The position numbers and the translations under genes were made by a program. Of a stretch of 64,000 bases of DNA, positions 28,471 through 41,623 are shown in pieces. The DNA is from Proteromonas lacertae. Lineage: Eukaryota. The notes below the pieces were generated by a model that was given only the letters and a program-made list of their open reading frames with translations, searched no databases and had not been told where the DNA came from. The stretch lies in contig NGBS01000002.1 of NCBI GenBank assembly GCA_002245135.1, forward strand, positions 62,001 through 126,000, in the 5' to 3' direction. Position 1 is the first letter of the stretch. Each line of letters begins with the position of its first letter.

Positions 28471-28631
28471 TGCTTTAATTGATTTAGAAAATAATATACT
28501 TTTACTTCTACCATGTTTTTTGTTGAAATGACAAAATGAGATAGGCTTGATTCAACAGCTTGTGAGAAATGACAAACCGATATCAAATTTTAATTATTCT
28601 TTATATATCTTTATAATTAATATATTTTATT

Positions 28632-29920
28632 ATGAATTTTTCGCTGCTTGGTATATTTTATTAAATATATTGCAGATGTATCGGAATTTGACCCTCCAGA
28701 CAGTATCATCGAGGTATTTGGAGAGAAGGATTCTCTTTATACAGTAGTAGAATACAATTTTGATGGTATGTTTTTTGCCGCAGGAACTACAAAAGGAACT
28801 GTTGAACTGTGGAATACTTTGTGTTTGTCCTGTATTAATAGTATTCCTTGTTATTCAACATGGATATCAGCATTAGCGTATAAAATATACTGAATATTGA
28901 AATAAATAGATGGAGAACGAATGATATTTTAATTACTGGAAGTAATAATGGTGATATTGATGTATGGAACTTATTAACCAATACATCAATCTATCACTTG
29001 AGTTATACAGCAATTCCAGTAAGTATTGCAGTTAATCCAATCACACAAGCTTTAATCTTAGTTGAATACAGTGACCGCCACACAGAATTAATCAGTTATA
29101 CATTCTACCAGTAACAAAGAGCTATATAAAAGTACAAAAGAAAATACTGAAGCTGTAATATATGGATCATTTTTGAATAATGGGAATATTATCTTGGTAG
29201 TAGATAATAACGACTTTATTTTCTATGATCCAACAGGTGAATATATTAGTAGATATGTATCTTCACCCTCCACGCCATCCCCTTCAATGAGTCCTAATGA
29301 TAGTAGAATTACTCAACAACAGTCTAAAGTTTTAACTGCGAACTATGTCTATTAACAATCAATATTTAATTACTTTGTGTAGTGAAAATCATCATGTTAT
29401 TAAGTTGTATAATATAACCAATTTTGATCATGTGAAATTAGTTAGTAAATTTAGTCCTGAAAATAGATCCGTTTTTGATAGAATATCTCTTAGTCCTACT
29501 AGTGAATATATCATAGCTCGTATATATATATATATATAATATATTTTTTTATTTGATTAGAGACTAAAGATGGTTCTAATTGTCATATTTATAATCGTAA
29601 TGGTGAATTGATTCATATTATACCAGTAGATTATAAAGTTGCTTATTTTTCTGTATATTGATATGTTTTTATTTTTCATTTAGTGGCATTTCAATCGATC
29701 TTTCATATTATCTACCAACAGAGAAGGTAAACTATTGTTATGGGGACACAAAGAACCTCATAATGATTGGAGCTCTTTTCCTCCGTCATTTAACCCAATC
29801 ATTGAGAATGTAGTTGGTGATGAAGTGATCGTTAAGCCAATGTCTGAAAATGAGCCTGTTCGTATAGAAAATAGAAAATTTACTCCACCTACTGCCTATT
29901 TATTATTAAATCCTGAATAA
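28632..29920 (+). CDS. RBBP5: RBBP5/Swd1-like WD40 subunit of COMPASS H3K4 methyltransferase; two +1 frame breaks
   Basis: Spliced N-terminus MNFSLLDVSEFDPPD...YNFDGMFFAAGTTKGTVELWN. C-terminal WHFNRSFILS...LLWG...NDWSSFPPSFNPIIENV resembles RBBP5 WHPVRPIIAS...NWSAFAPDFKELDENV. Confidence 0.75.
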
Positions 29921-30042
29921 AAGTTATTTATTATTGTTATGATAATAGTAAGTGAGTGAATAATTATTGTTACATTATTTTTCTGTTGTTTTTTGAGTTA
30001 AATAAAAACAAATAATTCATTTTTAAGTCGTATTATTGTATA

Positions 30043-30618
30043 TTAAAAGTAATTCATATCAACACCATATCGTTTTGTAACACTACACCAAAAGAACGGC
30101 AAATGAGGTTGAACAAATGTGAATACCAAGAATAGTATTTCAGCTAAAATAACTGCAAATAAACATGCATATGCATGAACTTTGTTAATTTTACTAGTAT
30201 AACCTTCATAACTCAAATACATAGCATAACTCATTGAAAAAAAAGCAAGGCAAATATCTACAATTAGCAAACTCTTTCCATATATTCCAGTATATGTATA
30301 AAAGAAAGCATACATAAATAACAATCCATATGCCATTGAATATGACTTTATGAACATAAACTGTTTAAAATCTTTTGGTTTCATGTAATAGTACTCAATA
30401 ACGATCCAACAAATCAAAGGATTCAATATAATTTTGCCATGTTCCCATACTGATTCATTAATTGGGAAGAACATTCCAATAATGAAGAATGGACCTGTAA
30501 AATCCCAAACAAAGTGCCAAATACAGGATATTATTGTTAATATAAAAATGGATATGATAAGAAATCTTTTATACTTTAATATATCAAATTCCTTTTCCTC
30601 TTCAATTAGCATCTGCAT
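30043..30618 (-). CDS. Intronless multi-TM membrane protein, DUF6512-like
   Basis: HFVWDFTG...IGMFFPINESVWEHGKI, FFYTYTGIYGKSLLIVDI and FTFVQPHLPFF match my recollection of bacterial DUF6512 proteins. First ATG at 30618. Confidence 0.7.
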   Translation of the reverse strand: MQMLIEEEKEFDILKYKRFLIISIFILTIISCIWHFVWDFTGPFFIIGMFFPINESVWEHGKIILNPLICWIVIEYYYMKPKDFKQFMFIKSYSMAYGLLFMYAFFYTYTGIYGKSLLIVDICLAFFSMSYAMYLSYEGYTSKINKVHAYACLFAVILAEILFLVFTFVQPHLPFFWCSVTKRYGVDMNYF

Positions 30619-30667
30619 GCACGTGTCTAAAAACAATGATATAGTGTTTGACTAAAGCTTGTTCTTA

Positions 30668-30677
30668 TTTGGCTTGA
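30668..30677 (-). promoter_or_regulatory. Candidate upstream motif TCAAGCCAAA
   Basis: The same or near-same motif occurs at 38406-38413, 45943-45952, 48396-48405 and 52425-52434, each in an intergenic spacer 5' of a gene. Confidence 0.4.
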
Positions 30678-30728
30678 GAATACCGTTTCTTTTCTTGTTT
30701 TTAAAATCGATTTTTAGAGACTTATAAA

Positions 30729-31140
30729 ATGTCTGGAAAGTCAAAGTATTGTTTTTCATAATAGTTTCAATAGGTTAGATACTTTAGTTGTACCAGTTAC
30801 TACAGAAGAAGATTTTAAGAGATTATTAACCGATGGTGATAAAGTATTTGTTGTTGATGTGTATAGAGATTGGTGTGGACCATGTAGTACAATGAAAGCT
30901 AATATTGATAAAATTTATATCGATACAGAAGAATGTGAAGAAAGAGTAAATTTTGGATCTGTAAACTATGACAAAAATCCAGAATTAGTTGAGCAATGGG
31001 TAACAGAGTTATCTTGCAAACCAATGTTTTTAATTTTTAAAAAGGGTGATTTAAGAATGAAAATTGAAGGATGTGATGCTCCAACATTTATTAATACAGT
31101 AAAAGGTTTAATGCCAGATTTAAAAATTACAGACCCATAA
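30729..31140 (+). CDS. Thioredoxin-fold protein resembling outer-arm dynein thioredoxin light chain / TRX_NDPK type
   Basis: VVDVYRDWCGPC active site and CKPMFLIFK; one 28-nt intron after MSGKSK. Confidence 0.75.
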
Positions 31141-31271
31141 ATAACGAAATAATTTATATATTTTTATTGTTATTTGTATGATAAATATACAACAGTAATA
31201 CTAAAATAACATAAGTATAAAATAACACTCAAAAAACAATTACTATTTATATATATTAAAAAATACTGATT

Positions 31272-33197
31272 CTACTGAGTTGGACGACTTGTTTTTGAGT
31301 ATGATTTAGTCTGTGTTGGTCTTTTTATTTTAGACGGAGTAATTGTAGTAGAAGCAGGAGCCTTCTTGCCTTGTGGATTATTAATACTACCATTACTATT
31401 ACTGTTACTAACTTCAACTGCTCTTAAAGCATTCAATGCATTTAATTCATTATTCATATCATCTTCAGTGTAAGGCAATAGAGTATCATCATCATCATTA
31501 CTCCATAATTGATTATTAGCTCTCTTCCACCATGTATCAGTTAATTGATCTTTATAATCAACATATTTCTTAGATATTCTCTTTTTGGTTGTTTTTGTTT
31601 TTACATGATTACCAGCTTCATCATAAGATGAATCGGAGGAGGATTTTTGTATGAAATTACCAACATTTTCATCATCATCATCATCTTCATCATCATTCTC
31701 ATCCTCTTCGTATTCTTCATTTTCTTCATCTCCATCATCATCATTATTATCTTCATCTGAGAAACAAGGATCATCAATTATACCTACATCATCTTCTAAA
31801 TCATTACTTTTACCTATTGGAGATGGTTCTGATTGAATTGGTATTCTTTTTCTTTGTAACATTTGTTGTTGTTGTTGTGGTGGTTGTTGTTGTTTTTTCC
31901 CACTATTTGGTTCAGAATGTGAGATTGAATGTAATATTTGTGTGTCTATTAACATACTGGAACCTTCATCGTTATATGTGCTATCATCAATTATTCCAAT
32001 ATCATCTGAAGTTACGATTTCTCTTTTCTTATGTTGTGGTATTTGTTGTTGTTGTTGTTGTTGAATTATATTATCTTTCTTTGGTGTTGCTGTTGTAGGT
32101 AAATCATTGATTTCTATCTTTGGATTTAAATAAAAGGGTATTTCAGTATCACTAGTATCTGCATATATATTTGAAGTATCTTGAATTGGCTTTGATCTTA
32201 TTAACTCAGGAGGAATTGGCTTTAAATCGTCATCTGATGATAATTCAGGTGGAACAACATCTACATTTATTTCCTTACTCCTTTTCACTTTTCTTTTAAT
32301 TATCTTCTTTATTACCACTGGTTTATTAGTTGGTTTTGTTTCACTGTCTGTAGGTGAATTTGTTAATATTGATAGTTCATTTATTACTCCTGTTAAGGAA
32401 AATGAATGATTTGGAACTACTGTAACATTACCAGGATTTGTGTTTTTATATTTACTGGATGAATTGAATATTTGTGCAGGTACATCGACTGCTACATAAT
32501 TTTCATTTAATACATCATATTGTTCAGTTAATTGTGAAGGAATCGGTTTTATTGAAGAGGAGGAAGAGTTTTTGTTTATTATTTCTATATTCTTATTATT
32601 TACAATTGATAATGAGTGTTTGACTATTGAAGCACGATGATGTGAATGTGTATGTTTATGATGTGAAGAACTTGTTGATGTATTTAACAGATCACTTTTT
32701 TGTAAAGATGCTGTTTCTATTTTACCATAAACAGTTTGAACTTGGAGTGAATATGTCTTTAATATATCTTCTAAATTTATTTCTTTATTTTCTTCTATTG
32801 ATGTTTCTGTGTTTTTGCTACAACATCCACCTTTTGTAACGACAATAGAAGCTATATATAAAAGAGATTATAAAACTGGAAGAATTTATACTTGGTTGAT
32901 ATATAAAATATGTTAAAGCAGATGATAATGTGTTTAGTTCATCATTGAATAGACTAACAATTTCATTGTGTTGAGTAAAGCGCAAAAGTTGTGATTTCAT
33001 ATATCCTAAACCTATACATCTATTTATGACAAGTAGAGCTATTCCATGATATGAATCAATTTCATACCTTGAATAAAATGTTCTTCAGATTTATAAACTG
33101 TCGAATGTTGTGAATAGTCTGATACATGTCTCCACAGATTTTCATTTGAATCGAATTCTTTTTCGCAAAATGGATGAAAACATTTTGCTTCAGACAT
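31272..33197 (-). CDS. Hypothetical low-complexity protein with N-terminal C2H2-like motif and acidic tract
   Basis: Starts MSEAKCFHPFCEKEFDSNENLWRHV. After two GT-AG introns the frame is open through ORF 31272-32318. Confidence 0.65.
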
Positions 33198-33341
33198 CCT
33201 GGAATAACAATCGAAAAATTTAAAATAGTGTGTAAATTACATAAAACTTGTCAACTTACTGTAAATTACATTATTTTCGTTTCAGCTTTTTTGTTTTTAT
33301 CAATATCTTCTGATTTTTAACAATTAAACTATCAGTAATAT

Positions 33342-36113
33342 ATGGCCTTTGTATTTAAAGGTGAACTGGTCTCAGAACGACCTCAAACTACACAAACAAT
33401 AGTATTTATTTTTCTTTTACTTTTTAGAGTGGAAAAGCTACTCCGTCTACTAGACCATCTACTACAAAAGAAAGAAAATCATTATTTAAAAACACTGGAC
33501 ATCAAAGTAAACCTCAATCACCAGCAAACTCACAGACAACTGTAGCTAGAGGTGTATCTCCTTTTCCAATATTCAGATTACCTAAAATCACAACGCAAAT
33601 TGTCAATAATAAAATACCAACTGATGATGCAGTATTATGTGAAATAAAGAAGAAAGAAGCAGAAAATTCAATGAAATTTTATATGAGAGATGCTCTGGAT
33701 ATAACAAATGAAGAATTCATGGCTTTAGAAATGGAATTTGAAGAAACAAATCCAAAACAAGTGAAAAAAGAATTTCTCAATAATCATTCATCTTCCTATG
33801 CCTAATTTACCTCCATTATCAAATTCAATGAATTATTCTAATAGAAGTTCACACACTCCACAGACCTTTAGAAAAACCCAAACATTAAAATCGTCATTAC
33901 ATCAATCTACTCGAAATGCTGAATTTCATAAAGACCAATTGCTACGTAATTATATAGATTCAAAATCATTATGTACATCCCAATTAGCAAAGAAGAATCT
34001 TCATATAAAAAGAGCTAGGCAGTATTTATTACAATTATCCGTTCAACACTTGGAGAAATGTGTTAATAAACATTATATGGGATTGAGAAATGAATATTTT
34101 TACGATTGGAGAGATACAATATTGTATGAAAAAGAACACCAAAAAAGATTGGAGTTTTTAAAAATGAAAGCAATTACACGATTAGAGTTAATCGCAATAT
34201 CATATTTTCATCGTTTAATTAAATTCTATTATAGAAAGTGGTATGAGACAATACAATATCAGATTAATTATGATAAACATATCCAACAAATGAGAGCTGC
34301 AATAATTATTCAAACATGTTATAGAGGTTATTCAGCAAGACAGAAAGTATATGCAATGAAACATCAGAACTATTTAACAACTAGAAAGAATGGAGCTATC
34401 AAAATACAAGTATATTATTATTATTATTTATTTATTTATTTATTAGACTGCATGGAGAGGTTATTATGCTAGAAAATACAAAGAGAAATTGATGTTAGAA
34501 ATATTCATGAAGAAATGTGCTATAGTAATACAATGTGCAATAAGACAACATTTATCTGTAAAGAATCTTGAAGAGAGAAGATTAAAGAGATTTACTGAAG
34601 AATGTGCTATAATAATACAAAGCCAATTCAGGTGTTATTTAGCTATGCAGAAACTGGCAAAACAGAGATTAGATAATTATATAAATTATTGTGTATTATT
34701 AATACAATCAATATGGAGAGGTCATATGGCAAGAAAACAGTGTAGAAAGATAAGAATAAAGAGAAATAAGAATGTTAGTGCTACTTTAATACAGAAAATA
34801 TTCAGAGGCTTGGTGGCTCGAAGAAAATATGAAGTATTAAAGAGTCAACATAGAAAATTAGTATATATATATATATATGTGTGTGTGTGTTTATATAATA
34901 TTTTAATAGGAAAAACTACAGCAAGAATGTGCATTAAAGATACAAGTGTGTTATAGAAGTCATAAGAGTAGAATTGTATTAGCATTAAAGAAGAAAGCTT
35001 TAGAAAGAATAGAAAAATTAGAAAATCAAAGTGCTACAAAGATACAAGCCTGTTATCGTGGTTATAAAGGCAGAGAAAGAGCAAAGAAGGTAAGAATTGA
35101 TCGATTAAAGCATATGGTAAATATGGCTAAAGAATGGTTGGAATTATGGGATGATCATGCACATAGATATTACTTTAGAAATATAAAAACAGAGGAAATA
35201 TTATGGGAACCTCCTCCAGATGGATTTACTAATCGTAAGAAGAAATTGGTACTGAAAAATGGTGATATTATTGATGAACCTGATTTTGTAGATAAGAGGA
35301 AAGAATTACATGTAAAAAAGTGTGTTGAATGTCTTACAAATGATGCTACAAGAGATTGTGTTGATGTATTTATTATATATATATATATATAGTGTGATGA
35401 TGAATGCTATTGTGATACTTGCTTCATTAAATGTCATAAAGAGACAAATAAAGAAAATCATAAATATCATACAGTTAATCCAATGAAATGTGTTGAATGT
35501 GATACAAAATATGCAAGGAAGTATTGTTTAGATGTATTTATTAATTATTTTATATATTATGAATAGTGTGAAGATGGCTATTGTGATAGTTGTTACAAAT
35601 TTATTCATGCCAAAGGTAAGAAATCAAATCACAAATGGGTATTACCTGGTGAAGATACTCCTAAAGTTGATAAAACACTTTGCCCAGATAATGATGGTAA
35701 GAAAGATAATGATTATATTGAAAGAAGAAATACAGTTGAAGATGTACCATTCCAAACAGCAGGTTATTATGAAACAACCAAACCATTTTATGATACAAAG
35801 TCTCAAGATAGTAAGTTAAATGATAATAAGAGTGTTGGTGTTGATGATGATGATATAAACAATTGGACTGAAATGTTTGATGAGAATAGTGGATGTAAGT
35901 ATTGGGTAAATAATACAACAGGTCAAAGCCAGTGGGATTCTCCATTTAAAGATCCAACGAGGAGTACTAGTAGGTAGTAGATCACATCCAATAACCGCTC
36001 CACCAAGTGGAATTCCTTCTTATAAACAATCTAAAGCTTCATCCATTAGAACATCAGGTATTTCTACTCCTAAAAACAAAGGTATTGCCACTCCTAAAAT
36101 GAAGAATTTCTAA
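33342..36113 (+). CDS. Multi-IQ-motif protein with two WW domains and B-box-like zinc fingers; +1 breaks at ~33795 and ~35973
   Basis: Many IQxxxRGxxxR motifs. WW motifs WLELWDDHAHRYYFRNIKTEEILWEPP and WTEMFDENSGCKYWVNNTTGQSQWDSP. Repeated CVEC...C..C...YCD.C...H units. Confidence 0.75.
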
Positions 36114-36516
36114 CTAATAATAATTAAATTATATATTTATGTTGTTAAATTAATATGTTTTTGTTAAAAAATTTTAAAGAATAAATGTTAATAATAAATT
36201 AAAAATTGTGTGAATTCTTATGTATAATGAAGTTGATAAAGTAATTTTTAATAATGATTATATATAAATAATAATATTTGCATGAGTTTTAGATAATATA
36301 AGAAGTTTGAAGTAGATCATTTTATTAATTCGAATATTCTTTGTTATATCACTCACCAACGATGAGTTTCTTCTTTATTTAAGTTAATTTATGAATAAAA
36401 AAAAAGATTTAAAAACATTAAAAGTTACCAAATTTATTCCTTTGAACAATTATTGGGTAAATTTATTCTTGATAATTCTTTTTATTTCTTTTTATTCATC
36501 ACATCATTTTAAATCA

Positions 36517-37171
36517 ATGACAGACTTTGTTTTTACTTATTTCCCTATTAAAGGTCGAGGTGAAGCGGATAGAATCATCTTGGAACTCGCTGGAGCAAAT
36601 TACAAAGAAATAACTGTAACAATTGCAAAGTGGAGTGAAGAGAAAAAGAAATTACTATCTGCATGGTGAATTACCTTTTGGACAAATACCTTTATTAAAG
36701 CATAAAGGTCATTTAATGGCTCAAAGTATGACAATTCTTAGATACTTGGGCAGACTGTATATTTTACGCTGTATATTTTATAGATTCAACTATTATGGAG
36801 AAAATGCTGATGATGAAACTACAATTGATATGTTAGTTGATGGTGCTCTTGATTTGAGAGAAGCATTTTTCAAAGTTGTGTTTGCTCCTTTAGCTGATAG
36901 AGTTGCTATTGAAAAGAAATTTATTGAAGAATCACTTCCTGCATGGATAGGATATTTTGAGAAATTAAAGTTGAAGAATCCTGGTAATTTCTTTGTTGGA
37001 AAGAAGTTATCCATTGCTGATATTGCTATATTTGATTCTTTGACAAATATTGACATGATGAGAAAAGGTATTGTGAGAAAAAATGAAACATTAAAGAATT
37101 TCTTATATGCTTTTGAATCACAGCCTAAATATGCTGAATATCGTAAATCTAAAAGATATCACGCCAACTAG
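36517..37171 (+). CDS. GST: Glutathione S-transferase (sigma/pi/alpha-like cytosolic GST); +1 break at ~36662
   Basis: FTYFPIKGRGEADRIIL, LPFGQIPLL, MAQSMTILRYLGR and FFVGKKLSIADIAIFD motifs; 27-nt intron 36757-36783. Confidence 0.9.
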
Positions 37172-37314
37172 CTCTCTTCTATTAAATCTAATAAGATTTT
37201 GCGTTAATAATTATTTTGTTTGTTAGATCCATTTTATAGCAATAGTGTACAATAATAATACAGAGAAAAATAATAGAAATAATAAAAATAAATAGAAATA
37301 AAATTGAAAAATAA

Positions 37315-37387
37315 CGCTCGCTAGGGGACTCGAACCCCCGACCACTGGCTTAAAAGGCCAGCGCTCTACCGACTGAGCTAAACGAGC
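37315..37387 (-). tRNA. trnK-UUU: tRNA-Lys (UUU)
   Basis: 73-nt cloverleaf GCTCGTTTAGCTCAGTCGGTAGAGCG-CTGGC-CTTTTAA-GCCAG-TGGTC-GGGGGTTCGAGTCCCC-TAGCGAGCG; anticodon TTT. Confidence 0.96.
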
Positions 37388-37555
37388 TCTGAAATATTAA
37401 ATAAATTAGTACATATAAAACATAAATTTGATTTAGTCATCTTTACTGTTAACCTATTGATGTCTAAATATTTACTTTACCTTCACTGTATTGTAACTAT
37501 CAAAAACACAAGAAATAAACAATAAAATCTAATAAATACAAAAATGTTAAAAATA

Positions 37556-38394
37556 TTACTTCTTCTTAGGTTTTGCTGCTGTAGCTGCTTTTGCAGGACT
37601 GGCTGCTGTTGCTTTTGCTCCTTTTCCTGCTGTTGTAGCTGCTGGAGATGCCGCTGTAGTAGTTGCTGCTGCTTTACCTCCTTTACCACCTTTTCCAGGA
37701 GGTGCAGCTGTTGCAGGAGTGGTTGCAGCCTTTGGATCAGTGAGTTTCTTATATTTAGCGATGGTTCTTTTTAACTATACCTACTGTCATCTTACAAAAC
37801 TTATCTACAGGATCAATATTATCTGGTAATTCTAAATCTTTAGTTCTAATATGTTGACCAATCTTAAATCCTGTCATATCACACATTATATACTCTGGAA
37901 TATAATCACCATATGCGTAACACTCTAAATAACGATGAATGTTATAAATATAACCATATTGTCTTATATCGTCACTCTTTTCTAAATTATAATAACGAAT
38001 TGGAATCCAAACCCTTGAACCTTTTTCTGGATCATGTCGAAGAAAATTTACTGAGAGAGGAATTTCTGTAACTACATAAGGATAGAAACATAAAATAAAT
38101 ACCTGGATCACAACATAAATCACGTGGTAATGCCATTTCTTTCTTATTATCTATCATAACATCAAACAAGGTACACTCTAAATTGATTGGATATCTATTA
38201 AAATATCTAATCATTTCATTTTGAGGCATCGCAATATTAACAGGAGATTGATTACATCCATATAGAATGCCAGGTATTGCGCCTCCACTTCTTAGCACCT
38301 TTGCATAGTTCTTACCTGCTCTTGCTCTTTTCCACACTGGAATTATTGGTCTCAAATGCAGTTTATCAAATACTTTGAGAGGAGAGAGATTCAT
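37556..38394 (-). CDS. rplY: Organellar ribosomal protein bL25/CTC-like with Ala/Thr/Lys-rich tail; +1 break at ~37765
   Basis: RAGKNYAKVLRSGGAIPGILYG, ALPRDLCCDP|VTEIPLSVNFLR and IPEYIMCDMTGFKIGQHIRTKDLELP are typical of L25/CTC. The tail ...AATAAKPKKK* lies in the +1 frame. Confidence 0.8.
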
Positions 38395-38439
38395 TTTATA
38401 AAAACTGGCTTGATAGGTTTGTTAACATAAATTGTCATT

Positions 38440-40343
38440 ATGTCAACCAGACAGGTTGCTAGACTAAAGAGAATGTTGGAACAAAAAAATAGGAAGGAGA
38501 TTGAAGAAGAAGAAACAGAAGAGGATAATGCAGACATGATAGATCTCATTGAAACAACAAATAAGCCTAGATTTGCTGTATATGTGTTAGATTAATTATT
38601 ATATAGGGGTTAGATGTATTTGGAGATAGTAGTGAAAGTGAAGAAAGTGAAAAAGAAGAAGAAGTGACAAAATCAGAAGAACTAAAAGTATAGTTGTTAT
38701 TTTTTTATGATTAATTATAGACTGAGCCTGTTGTAGAAGAACAGAAAGTATCAAAAAGTGAAAAAAAGAAAAGAAATCAAAAAAAGAAGCAGAATGTAAT
38801 AGTTCCTAAAGCTCCAGCCAGAATGGATATGTCTGCATTATTAGAAGAAGATTATATAAACACAACAAATACAAACAAGTGGCTAGAAGTTATACAAATT
38901 AATCCAAAATATCTAAATGAAGAGACAGAGAGAAGAAATACATTCACAGAAGATGAAGAAAATAAAAATCCAATGTTAAACAACAGAAGAAGACACAATA
39001 TAAGAAACACAAGAAAATCAATTCGAAATTTCTATTTTGTTACTCCTGAAGATGATTGGCCAGTTCCACCAACTCATATAAGTAACGGTTTTGGTATGAT
39101 AATAGATGATGACCCAACAATAATAAGAGAGAAAGGCTGTACTTATTATAAATTCATTTATAGTAAATTATATAAAGATTTGAACGATCAGTTAGAAGGG
39201 ATTTCTTCAGCTTTGAACTTTAGTGATTTACAGATATTTAGTAGTCATAATATATATCATGTACAATCTCAATTATTGATGAGTGATTTGTTATTAGGAA
39301 ATCAACAAATAGCTGAAAGTTATCAATTGTTAAAAAGGTATATTTTTTCCACTCATTTTTTCTTATTTTTTAATTAGAATATTATTTGTATTTGAATGTT
39401 CTGTTCATCCAAAGTTTAACGTTTCTCAAAATACAAATAGAATATTATATTGTAAAGAAGAAAATCAATTCTTCTTTTTAACATTATTCAAATATTTACA
39501 GAGTCTGTGGAGAAGAGGTTATAATAAAACTGCCTTAAATATTGCTAATGTAATCTTATCACTCGATCCAGAAGCAGATCCAATGGGGATTATCCATATA
39601 TTAGATTTTCTCTGTATGACAACAGGCAATTATAAATATTTTATTAATTTTTATGAAAGTGGATTGAATATTCATTCTATCAATATTCAATATTATCCCA
39701 ATATATTATTTGGTTATTCAATATCTTTATTTGAAGAAGAGAATAAGAATAACAACATTCAAGCATTGGAAGAAAGAAAATCAACTCAAATATTATTGAA
39801 AGCTATAAAATATTATCCTCAATCAATTCCTTTAATAATTCGAGAAACTAATACAAACAGTGGTGAATGGAAAGATATAATAAAAGAGTCAATATTTAAT
39901 AGAAGATTCATATCAAATGATATAGAAAAATTAGTAGAATTGATGTGTAAAAGAATGAAAGATGTTTGGAAATCTGAAAGAGTATATAATATTATATATT
40001 TATATATATATAGTTATTAAATTGGTTATGTGAAACATGTAAAATATTATTAAGCAGTTTACCTTCTGAAGAAATGTTGGATGAATTAAGTGGAGAATTA
40101 ATGTCAATATTTAGTATTGAATCTTCTCCATTTAATACTCTTAATCCAAGTGATTATTTAGACACCATTCCAAGAGTTGGTTTTGAATGGTTTATGAATG
40201 ATCGTATTAATGAAACAACTGCCCCTGGTACAATTGATCCTCATTCCAATTTGTTTCAAATATTCTTGGAGAGTATATTACCTTGGAATGAGTTAAATAC
40301 TACAGAACTTAATGGTGATATAGAAGGTGATGAAAATGAATGA
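38440..40343 (+). CDS. TCF25: TCF25/Rqc1 ribosome quality control protein (multi-exon)
   Basis: MSTRQVARLK start; FVTPEDDWP; YHVQSQLLMS; RILFVFECSVHPKF; NQFFFLTLFKY...RRGYNKTALNIANVILSLDPEADPMG; terminal FLESILPWN. Confidence 0.85.
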
Positions 40344-40408
40344 TAACTAATACTAATGAGATTTATATTTTACATGTTTGTTATTTTTTATTCCAATATC
40401 ACAGTTTC

Positions 40409-41560
40409 CATTGTTTTATAATGTTTTTTAAAATTATGAAACGAATTGATTTTTTGAAACACCAAACACGTTTGAAAATGAAAATCAAAAATTCTTTCGT
40501 AGATGACATATTATTCTCATTATTATCATCAGATACTAAAGTATTTTTAATCAATTTATTTTTGTAGATAAAAGATCGATATAGAAAAGAGTGAAAGTGA
40601 AACAAAATTGTTTGTAGAATATGCAAATGATGTAAAAGTGATGAAAATATTGAGCATTGTAGAAATTAAAGAAAAGAAAATATTAGAATACCATGAAAGA
40701 AACTTGTTTATGTTAAAAATTTGTTGTAGTATGATATATCTATCAAAAATACAAATGTTCGGGGATAATGTGATGATATTAGAGAGAAAATATTACATGA
40801 GAGAATTAGAAGATATAATAAAGAATAACTCTATTTGATATTGGATGAATTTGATATAGTAATGTAATAATATATGCAAATGATAGAATAAAGCTATGTG
40901 ATTTATGGTTAAATACTTTAAGAAGAGAAGAAGAAATGAGAATAAATGACATATGTTTTAAAACTCAAGAAGAATTGAATGGATTGAAATGCAATTTGTT
41001 CAAAATCACTTGAAAAAGAAGAATATCCATTCATATAAATGAAGTGTTTATCATGGACAAATGAAGAATTGGAATATTATTATTATAAATATGATTTATC
41101 AAGTATCTAATAAAGTAAATATTGAAATAGATATTAATATTAATGATTCTCATATTTCATTAATTAAACAGCTTATTTATAAAAGACTTGATTTATCAAA
41201 TAATAATATTACGGCAAAAGGATTAAAAGAATTAAATGATTCTTTACCTGAATATTAAGGGATACAGATGTTAGAAGGATTTTAGAATGATTATATTATT
41301 TATTTTAAGTAGATATTAGAATGAGTGAAAAAGGATTAAGAATAATAATAGAAAGATTAAAAGATTATGAGGAATTAGATAACATAGATTTATCAGGAAA
41401 TGAATTAAATAAAAGAGAATTGAGATTGATGAAAGAAAATATAGAAGTATTTAAAGTTTTAGACAAATCAGAATTACAATCATTTTTAGACACATTTTCA
41501 TTTATAGATACAATAAAGATAAATGGAATGAATTTAGAAAAATATATAAACAAAATATAA
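40409..41560 (+). pseudogene. Fragmented RNI-like leucine-rich-repeat gene (probable pseudogene)
   Basis: LRR motifs LDLSNNNITAKGLKEL and LDNIDLSGNEL sit in short ORFs broken by stops I could not resolve by splicing. Boundaries are approximate. Confidence 0.4.
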
Positions 41561-41623
41561 GAATTATTACATTATTATAATGAAACACGATTAGCATTAT
41601 CCTAAATATTATTATTAAATATA

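Noticed and set aside
29019..29049. GTAAGT...AAG 31-nt possible intron explaining the RBBP5 frame break
   Set aside because: Removal creates an immediate stop and deletes WD40-like PVSIAVNP.
28632..37171. Alternative genetic code (stop reassignment) to explain internal stops
   Set aside because: Stops are resolved by introns or single-base frame changes; TAA, TAG and TGA all terminate genes normally.
37217..37224. TGTTTGTT downstream of GST, the Blastocystis motif linked to stop codons created by polyadenylation
   Set aside because: GST has its own TAG ~45 nt upstream, and every gene I could model has a genomic stop, so there is no evidence for poly(A)-made stops here.
37483..37774. Cys-rich (+) and Gln-rich (-) ORFs
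   Set aside because: Alternative frames of the Ala/Thr-rich bL25 tail.
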